Below the pieces are notes generated by a model. The model was not told where the DNA came from and did no database searches. It saw nothing but the letters and a program-made list of their open reading frames with translations. DNA of 64,000 nt from Candidatus Bathyarchaeota archaeon. Its GTDB lineage: Archaea > Thermoproteota > Bathyarchaeia > 40CM-2-53-6. The stretch spans positions 268,901-332,900 of the forward strand of contig CAWJRR010000002.1 of assembly GCA_963845275.1 (NCBI GenBank), read 5' to 3'. Position 1 is the first letter of the stretch. Every line of letters starts with the position of its first letter. Positions 10,722 to 19,917 of this stretch are shown here, one piece after another. A program made the position numbers and the translations under genes.

Positions 10722-10752
10722 ACTACTGGCTGTAGTTAGGCTTATATAAATT
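10722..10752. promoter_or_regulatory. Dyad ACTAC-N5-GTAGT next to a TTATATAAA TATA-like box in the divergent promoter region
   Basis: The dyad is at 10722..10736 and the TATA-like box at 10742..10750. They lie 17-45 nt upstream of the BlaI-like start (10705) and ~40 nt upstream of the plus-strand ORF at 10788. Confidence 0.35.
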
Positions 10753-10787
10753 CGTCCGTAACTCCGAGCTGAACAGGAGCTAACACA

Positions 10788-11208
10788 ATGCCTCAGCCAC
10801 CTATCGTACTCCCGATTATAATCACTGGGTTGACATTAGGATCAATCTTAGCATCGCAAGCCAAGACGATTTCTAAGAAAAAGTTCGCCGGCATCTCATT
10901 ATTATCCGGTCTCCTGAACAGCGCCTACGCGTTTCTATTATACACATTAAGTCCACCTCCAACTTTCTCACGTGCAGGCTTCACGGGCTCTACAGGCTAC
11001 ACAGGCGCACAATTCAGAGATTCAAACAGGATCAGAAACTGGCTTCATCATCTCATCATTCATAACGGGCCTCATATTTTTCATAGCGGTTTGCGGAATC
11101 GCACTCGTATACGCGCGATTCCGAGGAAAGAAAGAAGATGAAGAAGACGAAGTTGAGGACGAAAAAGCGGTCGACGACGAAGACCTAGGAAAATTAGAAG
11201 ACACTTAA
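10788..11208 (+). CDS. Small membrane protein with an acidic C-terminal tail, split between two frames (10788..11141 and 10972..11208)
   Basis: The first frame encodes two TM segments. The second frame encodes a third TM (FIISSFITGLIFFIAVCGIALVY) plus a KKEDEEDEVEDE tail. The tail of frame 1 (RNRTRIRAIPRKERR) looks out of frame. Confidence 0.35.
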
Positions 11209-11225
11209 AGCACCTGGCTTTTTTA

Positions 11226-14200
11226 ATGTTGGGGCTAAGCACGCGCACAGTCAAGACACTTTTCGCATTTTTGCTACTGCTAACAATCCTGCTCCCAATT
11301 GGAGCTCAAAATGCGCACGCAAGCCCCGTAACCGTCTCGCCGGGAAAATCGGACCTAAACCTCGGCGCAGACTTTCCCACGTTCGCTTCAGTAAAACTGA
11401 GTTACCCAAACAGCAGCATTCTGACAAATAGTACAGGAGACCTACTCTTCACAGTAACACCAGACGCTAGTTGGTTAGTATTGCCTAATGGTACGCAAGT
11501 GAATTCGAACTAGCTTCCATCAGCATATATATTCCGCCAGATTTTTCAGGCCTGTCGATAAGTAAATTATGGACCAGTTTTTCAAACAACTATAATCATA
11601 ACAGTATCTCCGTATCGCGACAGTCATCATCTGATCAAATTGCGACCCAACTGGTGGAGAGTGCTTATACAAAATCTGACAATCCTCTGCTAAGTCGGCT
11701 CGACGCAATGTCAGCCTATGAGAATCTTCCAGTTGGTCAACCTCAATACATTAGACTCTTTCAAGTCACATCTCCTCTCACTGCTGGTCGATATTTTTTC
11801 AAGGCGTTTCATAATGTGGGGCAAGGTGGACAAATATCGATTGGGTCCGAAAATTTCCCAACGTTAGTTGTCAAAGCAAGTAAGGACCCAGCATACATCT
11901 CGGGCACACTCAGAAACTCGGGCTACCGTAATCCATCTAAGAGCTGGGCAGCCAATAATCTTGCCTCTTGGAACCGGCGCTCAAGTAGTAGCTACCGGTT
12001 TTGATTATCTCGGCAGACCAGTCTCAGCGCAGGCTTTCATCAATTCTACTATTACCCGGTGTTGCAACGCGACCGGATATCCTTTTCTGGTGCCCAGCGG
12101 GGCTTCTTATACACTGTTTGGCGTCGCTCCAGGAACATACAACATCACTGTATATGCGGCGGGTTTTGTTCCAGCAATAAATGGAGCGACCGAAGTGAGC
12201 GTCGCCGCTGCTCAATCTCTTGAAGGAGTGGACATTTACCTGACTGAAAGTGTTAACGTGACGGGAACCGTATTATCCGAAACTGCTGAGGGGGGCCTCA
12301 TTCCATGGGGAAATCTTACTGAGTATCAATCAGCAATGCAAGCAGCCCCCGGGGGATAGCACTTATACCAATTGCGCCCCGAGAGCAATTTCAATAAAAC
12401 TCCTAAATTTAGATGGAAGTGCCGTCGCAGCATCAACTCCAGCCCCATATCAAATACTGAACTTTCACAAATCCCGATTCTACATCGTTCGATTTTTCAA
12501 TTCAACATTACGTCGGATGGGACGGAAGAATACCACAAGACTATCGCAAATTACACCTCAGGACTAAGCTGGGGAGACTACTTACTGCAGGCATATGTCA
12601 CATCCTACGTTCAATTGGACCAAGTATATGTTCATGTTGCAAACGAAACTACAAGGACAGAATCAGTTATACCTCTTATTCGAACCGGGATTCTTCAACG
12701 TAACCGTGCACTTCAGAGATTACAATTCATCACTCGTCGATGATCCAGTTCCAGTTGGATATGGGGGCACTTTAACCGTCTCAGCATATGACCAGCAGGG
12801 GATTCTTAGAGCGCAGAACGTAACCTCCGTCCGTGCAGGGACAAACAAGACCGCTGTGGAATTGGGTGGATTCAGCAATTCAAGGAGCTTCGGGGAGTTT
12901 TCACTTTTTTCACAAAACTATGGACTTCTACCCGGAACTTACCATATCAAGGCCACCTTTACTTCCTCACCAAGTTTCGCTGGCTACGCGAATGTTGGGA
13001 TAAGAAATCTGTATTATCAACTCTGGGATGTCGAAGCTACAATTGGTCTTGGATTAGCGGATGTAGCAGTCGGCTTTCCAATGTTCAAGGGGGGAGGAAT
13101 ATTACTAACGTTACGATCCATCGACGATCAGTTACCGCCTTTGAATTATCCATGGGCGTATCCACGAGCTAATATTCAGATTCTGATACTCGATCCCTAT
13201 GGCAATGTGTATAATTCGAACGCAACACAACTGAACAATGCTACATTAATCACTCCCCCTCCTCTATGCGGCCTGCGGCAATCCCGCTAATTCGGCCTGT
13301 CTCAATGGCACTTTCACACTATTCTATTCAGGACTCTTGTCCAACGACTATAAATAGTGATTCGAACTTAGGGATATACTCAATCACAGATTTTGCATTT
13401 GCACGTCGTTTTGGGTGGAAATTCCGATGCGTCTATTTGGATGATTCTAAATCCAGTTATTGACTTGACAGTTGCTTTCAAGGATGAGGGACTTCTATCC
13501 GTCATCAATTCTACGCAGACCTTACGCTCAACCTATAAATAATTTAGATGCGACGCCTGCCCGCGTTGAAGTTTTTGATGACCTAGGGAATTTCGTAGCA
13601 GCAAATCAAACCTACATTTCCAACAATTCAACTGATCTTCCCCCGCCGCTGGGCAGCGGTGAACCTACTCGAGTTGCCCATTTTGTTTTAGCCGGGTTCA
13701 ATAGGAGACGAATCCGGGTCAGTATTCTGGTGACCCGAGATATATTTGGTCAGGATTTTATGATACGACTGATGGGGTTAGCCAGAATGCAGGAGGCTTA
13801 TTTCTATATCCTTGGGAAAATAACGAAACAAGAACGTTTACTGTCAGGCTGTGGGTGGATGGTTATTATCAATTCGAGCAGTGGCATGTCATTGTTCCGG
13901 CGAGGGACGAGAACTGGGATGGCAGCCAGAAGACTGGGACCAGCAGTTATTTCAATGGTCGAATCCCTTAATCGCGCTTCGAGAATCAGCGGGACAGTGG
14001 TTGGACCTGACTTTTTTGATAGAGCTCGTCCTCTTTCGTGGGCAACCATAACGTCTACAGCCGGCAGATTACACGCTCTCAGGCATCATAGATGTTCAGC
14101 CGGGTAACTATACAACGTCAAGCCTCGACGGGTTCTTCCAAGTGTGGGTTCCGGAAGGTAACTACGGAATGGGCGTGTCGCTCAATGGATATTCCTCATA

Positions 14201-14327
14201 TTCGGCACAGATCCCTGTTCCATCCGGGTCTGATCTGAACATGTACGTATGGTTGGATAACTATCAGGCATCACCTCAAGCGATCTCTGAGCCCATGTTA
14301 ATTGTGATCATTGCTCGCAAAACATAA
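11226..14327 (+). pseudogene. Large secreted surface protein with carboxypeptidase-regulatory-like beta-sandwich repeats, disrupted by many frameshifts and stops
   Basis: Signal peptide MLGLSTRTVKTLFAFLLLLTILLPIGAQNAHA. Protein-like segments continue through frames 0,2,0,0,1,0,2,(1),0 (track ORFs 11226, 11654, 11868, 12372, 12595, 13266, 13472, 14142). Motifs such as GTYNITVYAAGFVP and GTYHIKATF occur. Confidence 0.7.
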
Positions 14328-14473
14328 CCTCATTTCCGTCAACGGAATCAGCAGTTACAATCCGAACCCGGCGAACCCGACAATCCAACAACGATCATGC
14401 GCAGCAAACTAACGACCTAGAGGCGTTTCACGGTTCCATATCAACTCACATTTGTTGAAGGCACACCGGCAAA

Positions 14474-14935
14474 CTAAAGCACTTGGATTTGGAACGGAAT
14501 GATGCTCGACGATCCTTCTCCGTCGAGGTTGTAGGCGTAAAGCATTAATGGCCAGTAACCTGGCGTGTTTGGCGCAGATGCTTCTAATTGTATCCAAGGT
14601 GATACGGGGACTACTGTACTGTCGTAATTCCGAAACAATGTCCAGCTAGCTGTTGAGAGTATCTGGTTTGTTCTTTCATCTAGCAAGTTAACTTTTAGAA
14701 CGATTCGGCCATAGTAGTCGCATCCAACCGTAAATCGTACGAGCACCTGAAAAGTTTCTGTTGCATGCAGTACATTTGGATACTGCGTTCTAATGTTAGT
14801 GAAGTTGCAGACTTGCGCTTCTACATGTGGAATCACGGCTAAGATGCCTGGAAGAATCATAAGCAATAGGATGAACGCAAGAATTTTCTTCAAGTCAATT
14901 CGCTTCGTTATAATGCACCAATTGCAGACCTTCAC
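14474..14935 (-). CDS. Small secreted protein (hypothetical)
   Basis: Hydrophobic leader KKILAFILLLMILPGILAVIPHVEA followed by beta-rich sequence. No family recognised. Confidence 0.5.
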   Translation of the reverse strand: MKVCNWCIITKRIDLKKILAFILLLMILPGILAVIPHVEAQVCNFTNIRTQYPNVLHATETFQVLVRFTVGCDYYGRIVLKVNLLDERTNQILSTASWTLFRNYDSTVVPVSPWIQLEASAPNTPGYWPLMLYAYNLDGEGSSSIIPFQIQVL

Positions 14936-15199
14936 CAGAAGTGAGAATTAATGGGAAATATGACGTCATATCCGGGTGATCTAATGGATAGTACGACGGC
15001 TTTCATCTTCTGCCGCATTGCCCGCTGCGTACAGATTTGGATTCGACAAATTCTGAGCTAAGAATCTTCTGGTACGAACATCATAAGGACGTGAGATACC
15101 GTAGCTTCAGTGTAAGGTAATCTTCTCGTTGGACAGCGGTTAGGTCATGATTGCAGAAGATTTAGAACTGTTAACTGTCTTTGAAACGTTCGACACGTC

Positions 15200-15892
15200 A
15201 TGCTTCTCAGGACGTTACAGATCGCAGTTCTAGGCGGTAACGAGGATGCTGTGCATGTGGGTTTGCGCAATTTTCCGGCGCATAAAGTGATCCTGATCGC
15301 GCCGCATGAATCGACGGTTCAAGCAGAATCGTTTGCGGCGAAGCTCACTAGCACGCTAAAGCTTCCAGTAGACGTTGTAGGATTGAAGGACTCGAGTATT
15401 TCGACGATGCTTGAGGGAATCTCACAAATAATGAGAGAAGAAACTGGGGCATTTGAGGACGTGATCATCAATGTTGGATCAGCAGACAAGCATTTGACAT
15501 GTGCCGGGGTGACGGCAGCCTTCGTACACGGAATAAGGGCATTCGACGTTATGGGAGACCAGCCCATTATTCTCCCGATAATGAATTTCAGTTATGCTCA
15601 GATCGTTACGGAGCCGAAGATGCAGATATTGCGTGCAATCTTAAGATCTGGAGGTGACGTTGAGAGCCTTGAAAAGTTGAGCGTCCTCTCAAACTTTGGG
15701 AAGCCCCTGTTGAGTTATCATATTAGAGGATCTGAGGAGGCGCGCGGGCTAGAAGCTCTTGGGTTGGTCGAGGTGGAACGTGGGAAAAGAGGTAGATTAA
15801 GAGTGAAGGTAACGGCGCTCGGTAGAATTCTTTTGTCTACGGAAATTAAGGAGGCTGCTTCGTCTCCTTCTGTGGGCCGTTCTTCTTCTTAG
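15200..15892 (+). CDS. Rossmann-like (CARF/Csa3-like) domain fused to a C-terminal wHTH; putative ligand-sensing regulator
   Basis: N-terminal alternating beta/alpha pattern (LQIAVLGG..., VILIAP..., VIINVGSADKHLTCAGVTAAF). C-terminal wHTH is ILRAILRSGGDVESLEKLS...GLEALGLVEVERGKRGRLRVKVTALG. Confidence 0.5.
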   Translation: MLLRTLQIAVLGGNEDAVHVGLRNFPAHKVILIAPHESTVQAESFAAKLTSTLKLPVDVVGLKDSSISTMLEGISQIMREETGAFEDVIINVGSADKHLTCAGVTAAFVHGIRAFDVMGDQPIILPIMNFSYAQIVTEPKMQILRAILRSGGDVESLEKLSVLSNFGKPLLSYHIRGSEEARGLEALGLVEVERGKRGRLRVKVTALGRILLSTEIKEAASSPSVGRSSS

Positions 15893-16031
15893 TCATTATC
15901 TTCAGTCGGCAAAAGACAGCGTCGCCGTCTTTGATGTCGAAGATTTTACGAATTTCTTCAGGGATGGTTATTCTTCCGCCTGCAGTAACTTCAGCGAAGA
16001 ACGGGATATCCTCATCTGCTGTTTCTGGCAT
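15846..16031 (-). CDS. AbrB/SpoVT-family DNA-binding protein
   Basis: The swapped-hairpin motif GGRITIPEEIRKIFDIKDGDAVF is present. 61 aa. The 3' end overlaps the convergent gene 15200..15892 by 47 nt. Confidence 0.65.
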   Translation of the reverse strand: MPETADEDIPFFAEVTAGGRITIPEEIRKIFDIKDGDAVFCRLKIMTKKKNGPQKETKQPP

Positions 16032-16109
16032 TAAGTAACGCCTGCTATTCGTGGAAATGGAGATTGACTAAAAAGAGTTGTTAATCGCGGAAATTGTCGA
16101 ATTCGAAGG

Positions 16110-16781
16110 CTACAAGACGCTACTTGGACAGGTGTTGCTTACAGGGCAGATCTCGCATTTCGGTCGTGGAGCCCTGCAAATATTACGGCCGAATTCTATT
16201 ATGGAAAGATGCAATGATATTCTGTTGCGTTCTGGAATGAGTTCTTCGAGACTTGTACGAATTTCTTCGTAGCCTGCTTTTCTCGAAGCAATTCCCAGTC
16301 TCTTAGTTACTCTAGCTATGTGCGTGTCTACTGGAATGATGGGATGCTTTGCATTAAACGCTAAAACTATGTCCGCAGTCTTCGGCCCGACACCCGGCAT
16401 CTCCATCAATTTTTCCTTCGCAGCCGGGTAGGGTAGTTTCAGGATGCTGCTGAGTGAGCCGCTGTACTTTCGTTGGATAATTCTTGATACTTCAATGATT
16501 CGGGGGGCCTTCGAGGTGTAGAGTCCAGCCGACCGGATACACGTAATTAGCGTTCTGACGTTGGCTCTGGAGAGATTGCGTGGAGTAATCCTGTAACGTT
16601 TCCGAAGCTTCTTCATTGCTGCGTCGCTATTGCGATCGTTCGTATTCTGCGATAGAATTGTGTTGATAAGCGTCTCGAAAGGCGACCCCGCTTTCCACGG
16701 TTTGACTGGAAAGCGTTGGCCAATCTTCACAAGCATGTTGATCTTGATCTCGTTTGACAGCGTTTGCGTCTCCTGGGTCAC
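16110..16781 (-). CDS. nth: Endonuclease III (HhH-GPD DNA glycosylase with a 4Fe-4S cluster)
   Basis: HhH element LMEMPGVGPKTADIVL and a C-terminal cluster motif CRAPRPKCEICPVSNTC. Confidence 0.9.
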   Translation of the reverse strand: MTQETQTLSNEIKINMLVKIGQRFPVKPWKAGSPFETLINTILSQNTNDRNSDAAMKKLRKRYRITPRNLSRANVRTLITCIRSAGLYTSKAPRIIEVSRIIQRKYSGSLSSILKLPYPAAKEKLMEMPGVGPKTADIVLAFNAKHPIIPVDTHIARVTKRLGIASRKAGYEEIRTSLEELIPERNRISLHLSIIEFGRNICRAPRPKCEICPVSNTCPSSVL

Positions 16782-16834
16782 GATGTTGATGTGGTACGAA
16801 GTACACTTTAAAGCGAGCTTTACACGGTAACAAA

Positions 16835-18217
16835 TTGAGTGTTTTGCGAGCAGCCTTTCTGTTGGGTATCGTTTCGATCATGCTACTGGTAGCTTTTCAG
16901 CCGGTTTTCGCAGCTAGTCAAGGAGGTGTACTTATCGTCAAGATCAGCGGCGATATCGCTAGCCCAACCGCAGAGTTGGTTTCACGATCCATACAGGAGG
17001 CGGAAGCGGGATCAGCTCGACTAATCGTTTACGAGTTAAACACGCCCGGCGGAGACCTCGGTTCTGTGACTAACATTATGAACGATTTCGGTTCATCTTC
17101 AATTCCCGTACTAGTTTGGGTGACTCCGCAAGGGGCGTCTGCGTGGAGTGGTGGAACCTACATTCTAATGGCATCACACATTGCGGCAATGGCCTCTGGA
17201 ACGACTATAGGCTCTGCCCAACCTGTAGCCGCAACGGGAGAAGTCCTCAACGAATCAAAGTACATCAACGCATTATCCGGCCTGATGAGGGACAACGCGA
17301 GGTTGCATAATCGAAACGAAACTTTAGCGCAGCAGTTCGTTACCGAGAACATCAACCTTGGCCCCGAAGAGGCGTTAAGAAACCACGTGATTGAGTTTGT
17401 AGCTGACACTCTAGATAGTCTCTTGACACAGATTCAACCTTACACTCTAATTCTAACTACAACCGAACTGGGAACGTCAGTTTGGAAGCTCGTTCCAACT
17501 GCCTCCCTGTCTGGTTTCACTTACTCGGAGAGCTACGATATGAATGCGATTGCGCAAGCTTCTCAAGTCACCTACACGCCCGGCCTCAGCATCAGCTTGT
17601 TACAGTTTCTTTCCAGCCCAATCGTCTCCATCGTGTTGTTCCTTGTAGGACTTTACGCGATCATAATTGGTTTCAAGAGTCCGGGCTTCGGTCTCGAGAT
17701 AGCAGGATCTATCATGTTTTTCCTATCGCTAATAGGGTTCGGGATCGTTGGGATAAGCACAGCGTCTCTTCTGTTCTTTATCTTCGGAATCATACTGACG
17801 CTAATTGAAATCAAAACTCACGTTGGCTTATTCGCCTTAGCGGGGATTGGGTTAATAATTCTAGGCAGCTTCTTAGCCTTCCCGCTTCCAGGCTGGGAGA
17901 TGCTCTCACCACGTGCAGTGCAGAGCGATAGAGAAACCATCGTCGTGGTTGCTCTAGTTATGTCGTCAATTTTCGGGTTCGTGGTGTACAAAGTTGCCCA
18001 GGCCCGACGAATGAAAGTGAAAACCGGATCAGAGCAGATGATCGGGATGACTGGAACCGCGTTTTCTTCGCTGGATCCTAACGGCGAGGTAAAAGTCGAG
18101 GGACAAATTTGGAAAGCCGAAAGCGTCGCGGGCCTTGTACGCCCAGGTGAATTCGTTGAAATTGTGGGTCGAAAGGGGTTAATCTTAAGAGTCAAACCAA
18201 AAGAAGCTCAATCCTGA
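16835..18217 (+). CDS. NfeD-family membrane-bound serine protease (ClpP-class N-domain, TM region, C-terminal OB fold)
   Basis: IVKISGDIASPTAELVSRSIQEAEAGSARLIVYELNTPGG, then several TM helices, then a C-terminal GEVKVEGQIWKAES. It is followed by a stomatin gene. Confidence 0.85.
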   Translation: MSVLRAAFLLGIVSIMLLVAFQPVFAASQGGVLIVKISGDIASPTAELVSRSIQEAEAGSARLIVYELNTPGGDLGSVTNIMNDFGSSSIPVLVWVTPQGASAWSGGTYILMASHIAAMASGTTIGSAQPVAATGEVLNESKYINALSGLMRDNARLHNRNETLAQQFVTENINLGPEEALRNHVIEFVADTLDSLLTQIQPYTLILTTTELGTSVWKLVPTASLSGFTYSESYDMNAIAQASQVTYTPGLSISLLQFLSSPIVSIVLFLVGLYAIIIGFKSPGFGLEIAGSIMFFLSLIGFGIVGISTASLLFFIFGIILTLIEIKTHVGLFALAGIGLIILGSFLAFPLPGWEMLSPRAVQSDRETIVVVALVMSSIFGFVVYKVAQARRMKVKTGSEQMIGMTGTAFSSLDPNGEVKVEGQIWKAESVAGLVRPGEFVEIVGRKGLILRVKPKEAQS

Positions 18218-18228
18218 AGGACTGGTTA

Positions 18229-19074
18229 TTGGCATTTGAAGACATACTGTTCGATCCTGCTTTCATAGCCGGAATCATTGTCATTCTTTTCGTTGTTATC
18301 CTTGTTGCGTCTGGAATTAGGGTGATCAAGGAATGGGAACGGGCTCCCTTACTGCGTCTAGGCAGGTTTGTTGGAATGAAAGGGCCGGGACTGTTTTACA
18401 TTATTCCATTTGTTGATCGATTACCTAACATTGTCTCAACGAGAGTTCAGACAGTTCCTTTCAGGACGGAGCAGACTCTAACTAAGGATAATGTTCCCGT
18501 AAACGTGGATGCAATCATGTTCTATCAAGCAATTGATGTTGAGAAAGTCGTTCTGAATGTTGAACGGTACGTAGATGCTACTACTCTAGCAGCTCAGACG
18601 ACGCTCAGAGAGGTCATTGGGAAAGTAAGCTTTGACGAACTGTTGACTGAACGTGAGAAAGTTGGGGTCGAAGCTCGTAACATTATAGATGAAAAAACTG
18701 AGCGTTGGGGAATCAAGGTTACTTCGGTTGAGGTTAAGGACATTGGGATCCCGTCAATGCTACAAGAAGCAATGTCGCGACAGGCTTCCGCGGAACGAGA
18801 ACGCAGGGCTAGAGTAACGTTAGCGTTGGCCGAATTTGAGGCCGCGCAAAAGATGGTCGATGCGGCAAACCTGTACGATAAGAATGTTCGTGCACTTGAA
18901 CTCCGTTGGATGAATATTCTCTACGAGCTGGGGCTTCAAAGCAAAGGAACGTTGATGCTAGTGCCCACGAACACTCCGACCGCAGGAGTTTCAATGGGAT
19001 TCCCACCTCTCGGTGTGGCGAGCATTCAGGATTTAACTAGCCAAAAGAAAGATGAAGAAAAGAAAAGGCAGTAG
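18229..19074 (+). CDS. SPFH/band-7 (stomatin-like) protein
   Basis: An N-terminal TM followed by EWERAPLLRLGRFVGMKGPGLFYIIPFVD, the SPFH core. This is the classic NfeD-stomatin gene pair. Confidence 0.9.
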   Translation: MAFEDILFDPAFIAGIIVILFVVILVASGIRVIKEWERAPLLRLGRFVGMKGPGLFYIIPFVDRLPNIVSTRVQTVPFRTEQTLTKDNVPVNVDAIMFYQAIDVEKVVLNVERYVDATTLAAQTTLREVIGKVSFDELLTEREKVGVEARNIIDEKTERWGIKVTSVEVKDIGIPSMLQEAMSRQASAERERRARVTLALAEFEAAQKMVDAANLYDKNVRALELRWMNILYELGLQSKGTLMLVPTNTPTAGVSMGFPPLGVASIQDLTSQKKDEEKKRQ

Positions 19075-19076
19075 AG

Positions 19077-19916
19077 TCACATCTCGACGTTTGGGGTCGA
19101 TGCTGCCTCTAAGGACGAAGCGTCAACCTTCATCGGTTTAGCCGACCCACTAATGCCCAATCGTCTACGCTGAACTATCTCAGCCATAATGCTGACTGCG
19201 ATCTCTTCAGGTGTTTCTGCGCCTATGTCGAGTCCAACGGGTGCATTCACCCTGCTTAATTGTTGCTGCGTAATGCCTTCCTGAAGTAGGATACGAAATG
19301 CTTGGAAAACTCGGCGTCTGCTGCCAATCAATCCGATATACCCTGCCTTTGTCTTGAGAGCCGTCCTTAGCGCTGGGAGGTCATCTTTGTGCCTCGTGAC
19401 AATTACGATGCACGTGTTTGAGGAGACGTGCATGTTCGGAAGGTTAGTTTCAGGAAAATCAGGAACGATAAGAGTCGATTCGGGGAATCTGTCTTTTGTG
19501 GCAAGCGGATCGATTACTGTAATTTCGAACCCTAAGAGTTGAGCCAGTTTTGCGATCGCAGAAGATAAGTGACCGCTTCCGATTATGATGAGTCTGGGAT
19601 TTGGCTCAGCGATTTCTATCGAGACGTCAATCTTTCCTCCACAATTCATTCCGACCCCTCCGAATTCTTCTTCTACCAAGTCGTAGGACTTTACAATTAC
19701 ACCCTTCACACCTTGTTTGAGCATAAGTATTGCCTCTTCCGCAACTTGCCCCTCGACGCATCCACCCCCGATGGTTCCGTAGGTTTTCTGATCTTTCGTG
19801 ATTATCATCTTAGCAATTTGTCTGGGAACTGATCCTCTGTAATTAACGATCGTCGCGACAGCGAATGTTTCTTGTTCGCGTATTAATTCGGCCATTCTCT
19901 CGTAGATGTTGCTCAT
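19077..19916 (-). CDS. xdhC: XdhC/CoxI-family Mo-cofactor insertion/maturation accessory protein
   Basis: N-terminal XdhC_CoxI-like segment (FAVATIVNYRGSVPRQ...GGGCVEG) and a Rossmann segment (LIIIGSGHLSSAIAKLAQLLGFEITVID). It starts 1 nt after the upstream Mo-subunit stop. Confidence 0.85.
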   Translation of the reverse strand: MSNIYERMAELIREQETFAVATIVNYRGSVPRQIAKMIITKDQKTYGTIGGGCVEGQVAEEAILMLKQGVKGVIVKSYDLVEEEFGGVGMNCGGKIDVSIEIAEPNPRLIIIGSGHLSSAIAKLAQLLGFEITVIDPLATKDRFPESTLIVPDFPETNLPNMHVSSNTCIVIVTRHKDDLPALRTALKTKAGYIGLIGSRRRVFQAFRILLQEGITQQQLSRVNAPVGLDIGAETPEEIAVSIMAEIVQRRRLGISGSAKPMKVDASSLEAASTPNVEM

Positions 19917-19917
19917 C

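Noticed and set aside
14950-15075. tRNA-like fragment (GGGTGATCTAATGGATAGTACGACGG... and ...GGATTCGAC...)
   Set aside because: It has superficial D-loop and T-loop resemblance. However, I could not pair an acceptor stem or an anticodon stem, even when allowing for an intron.
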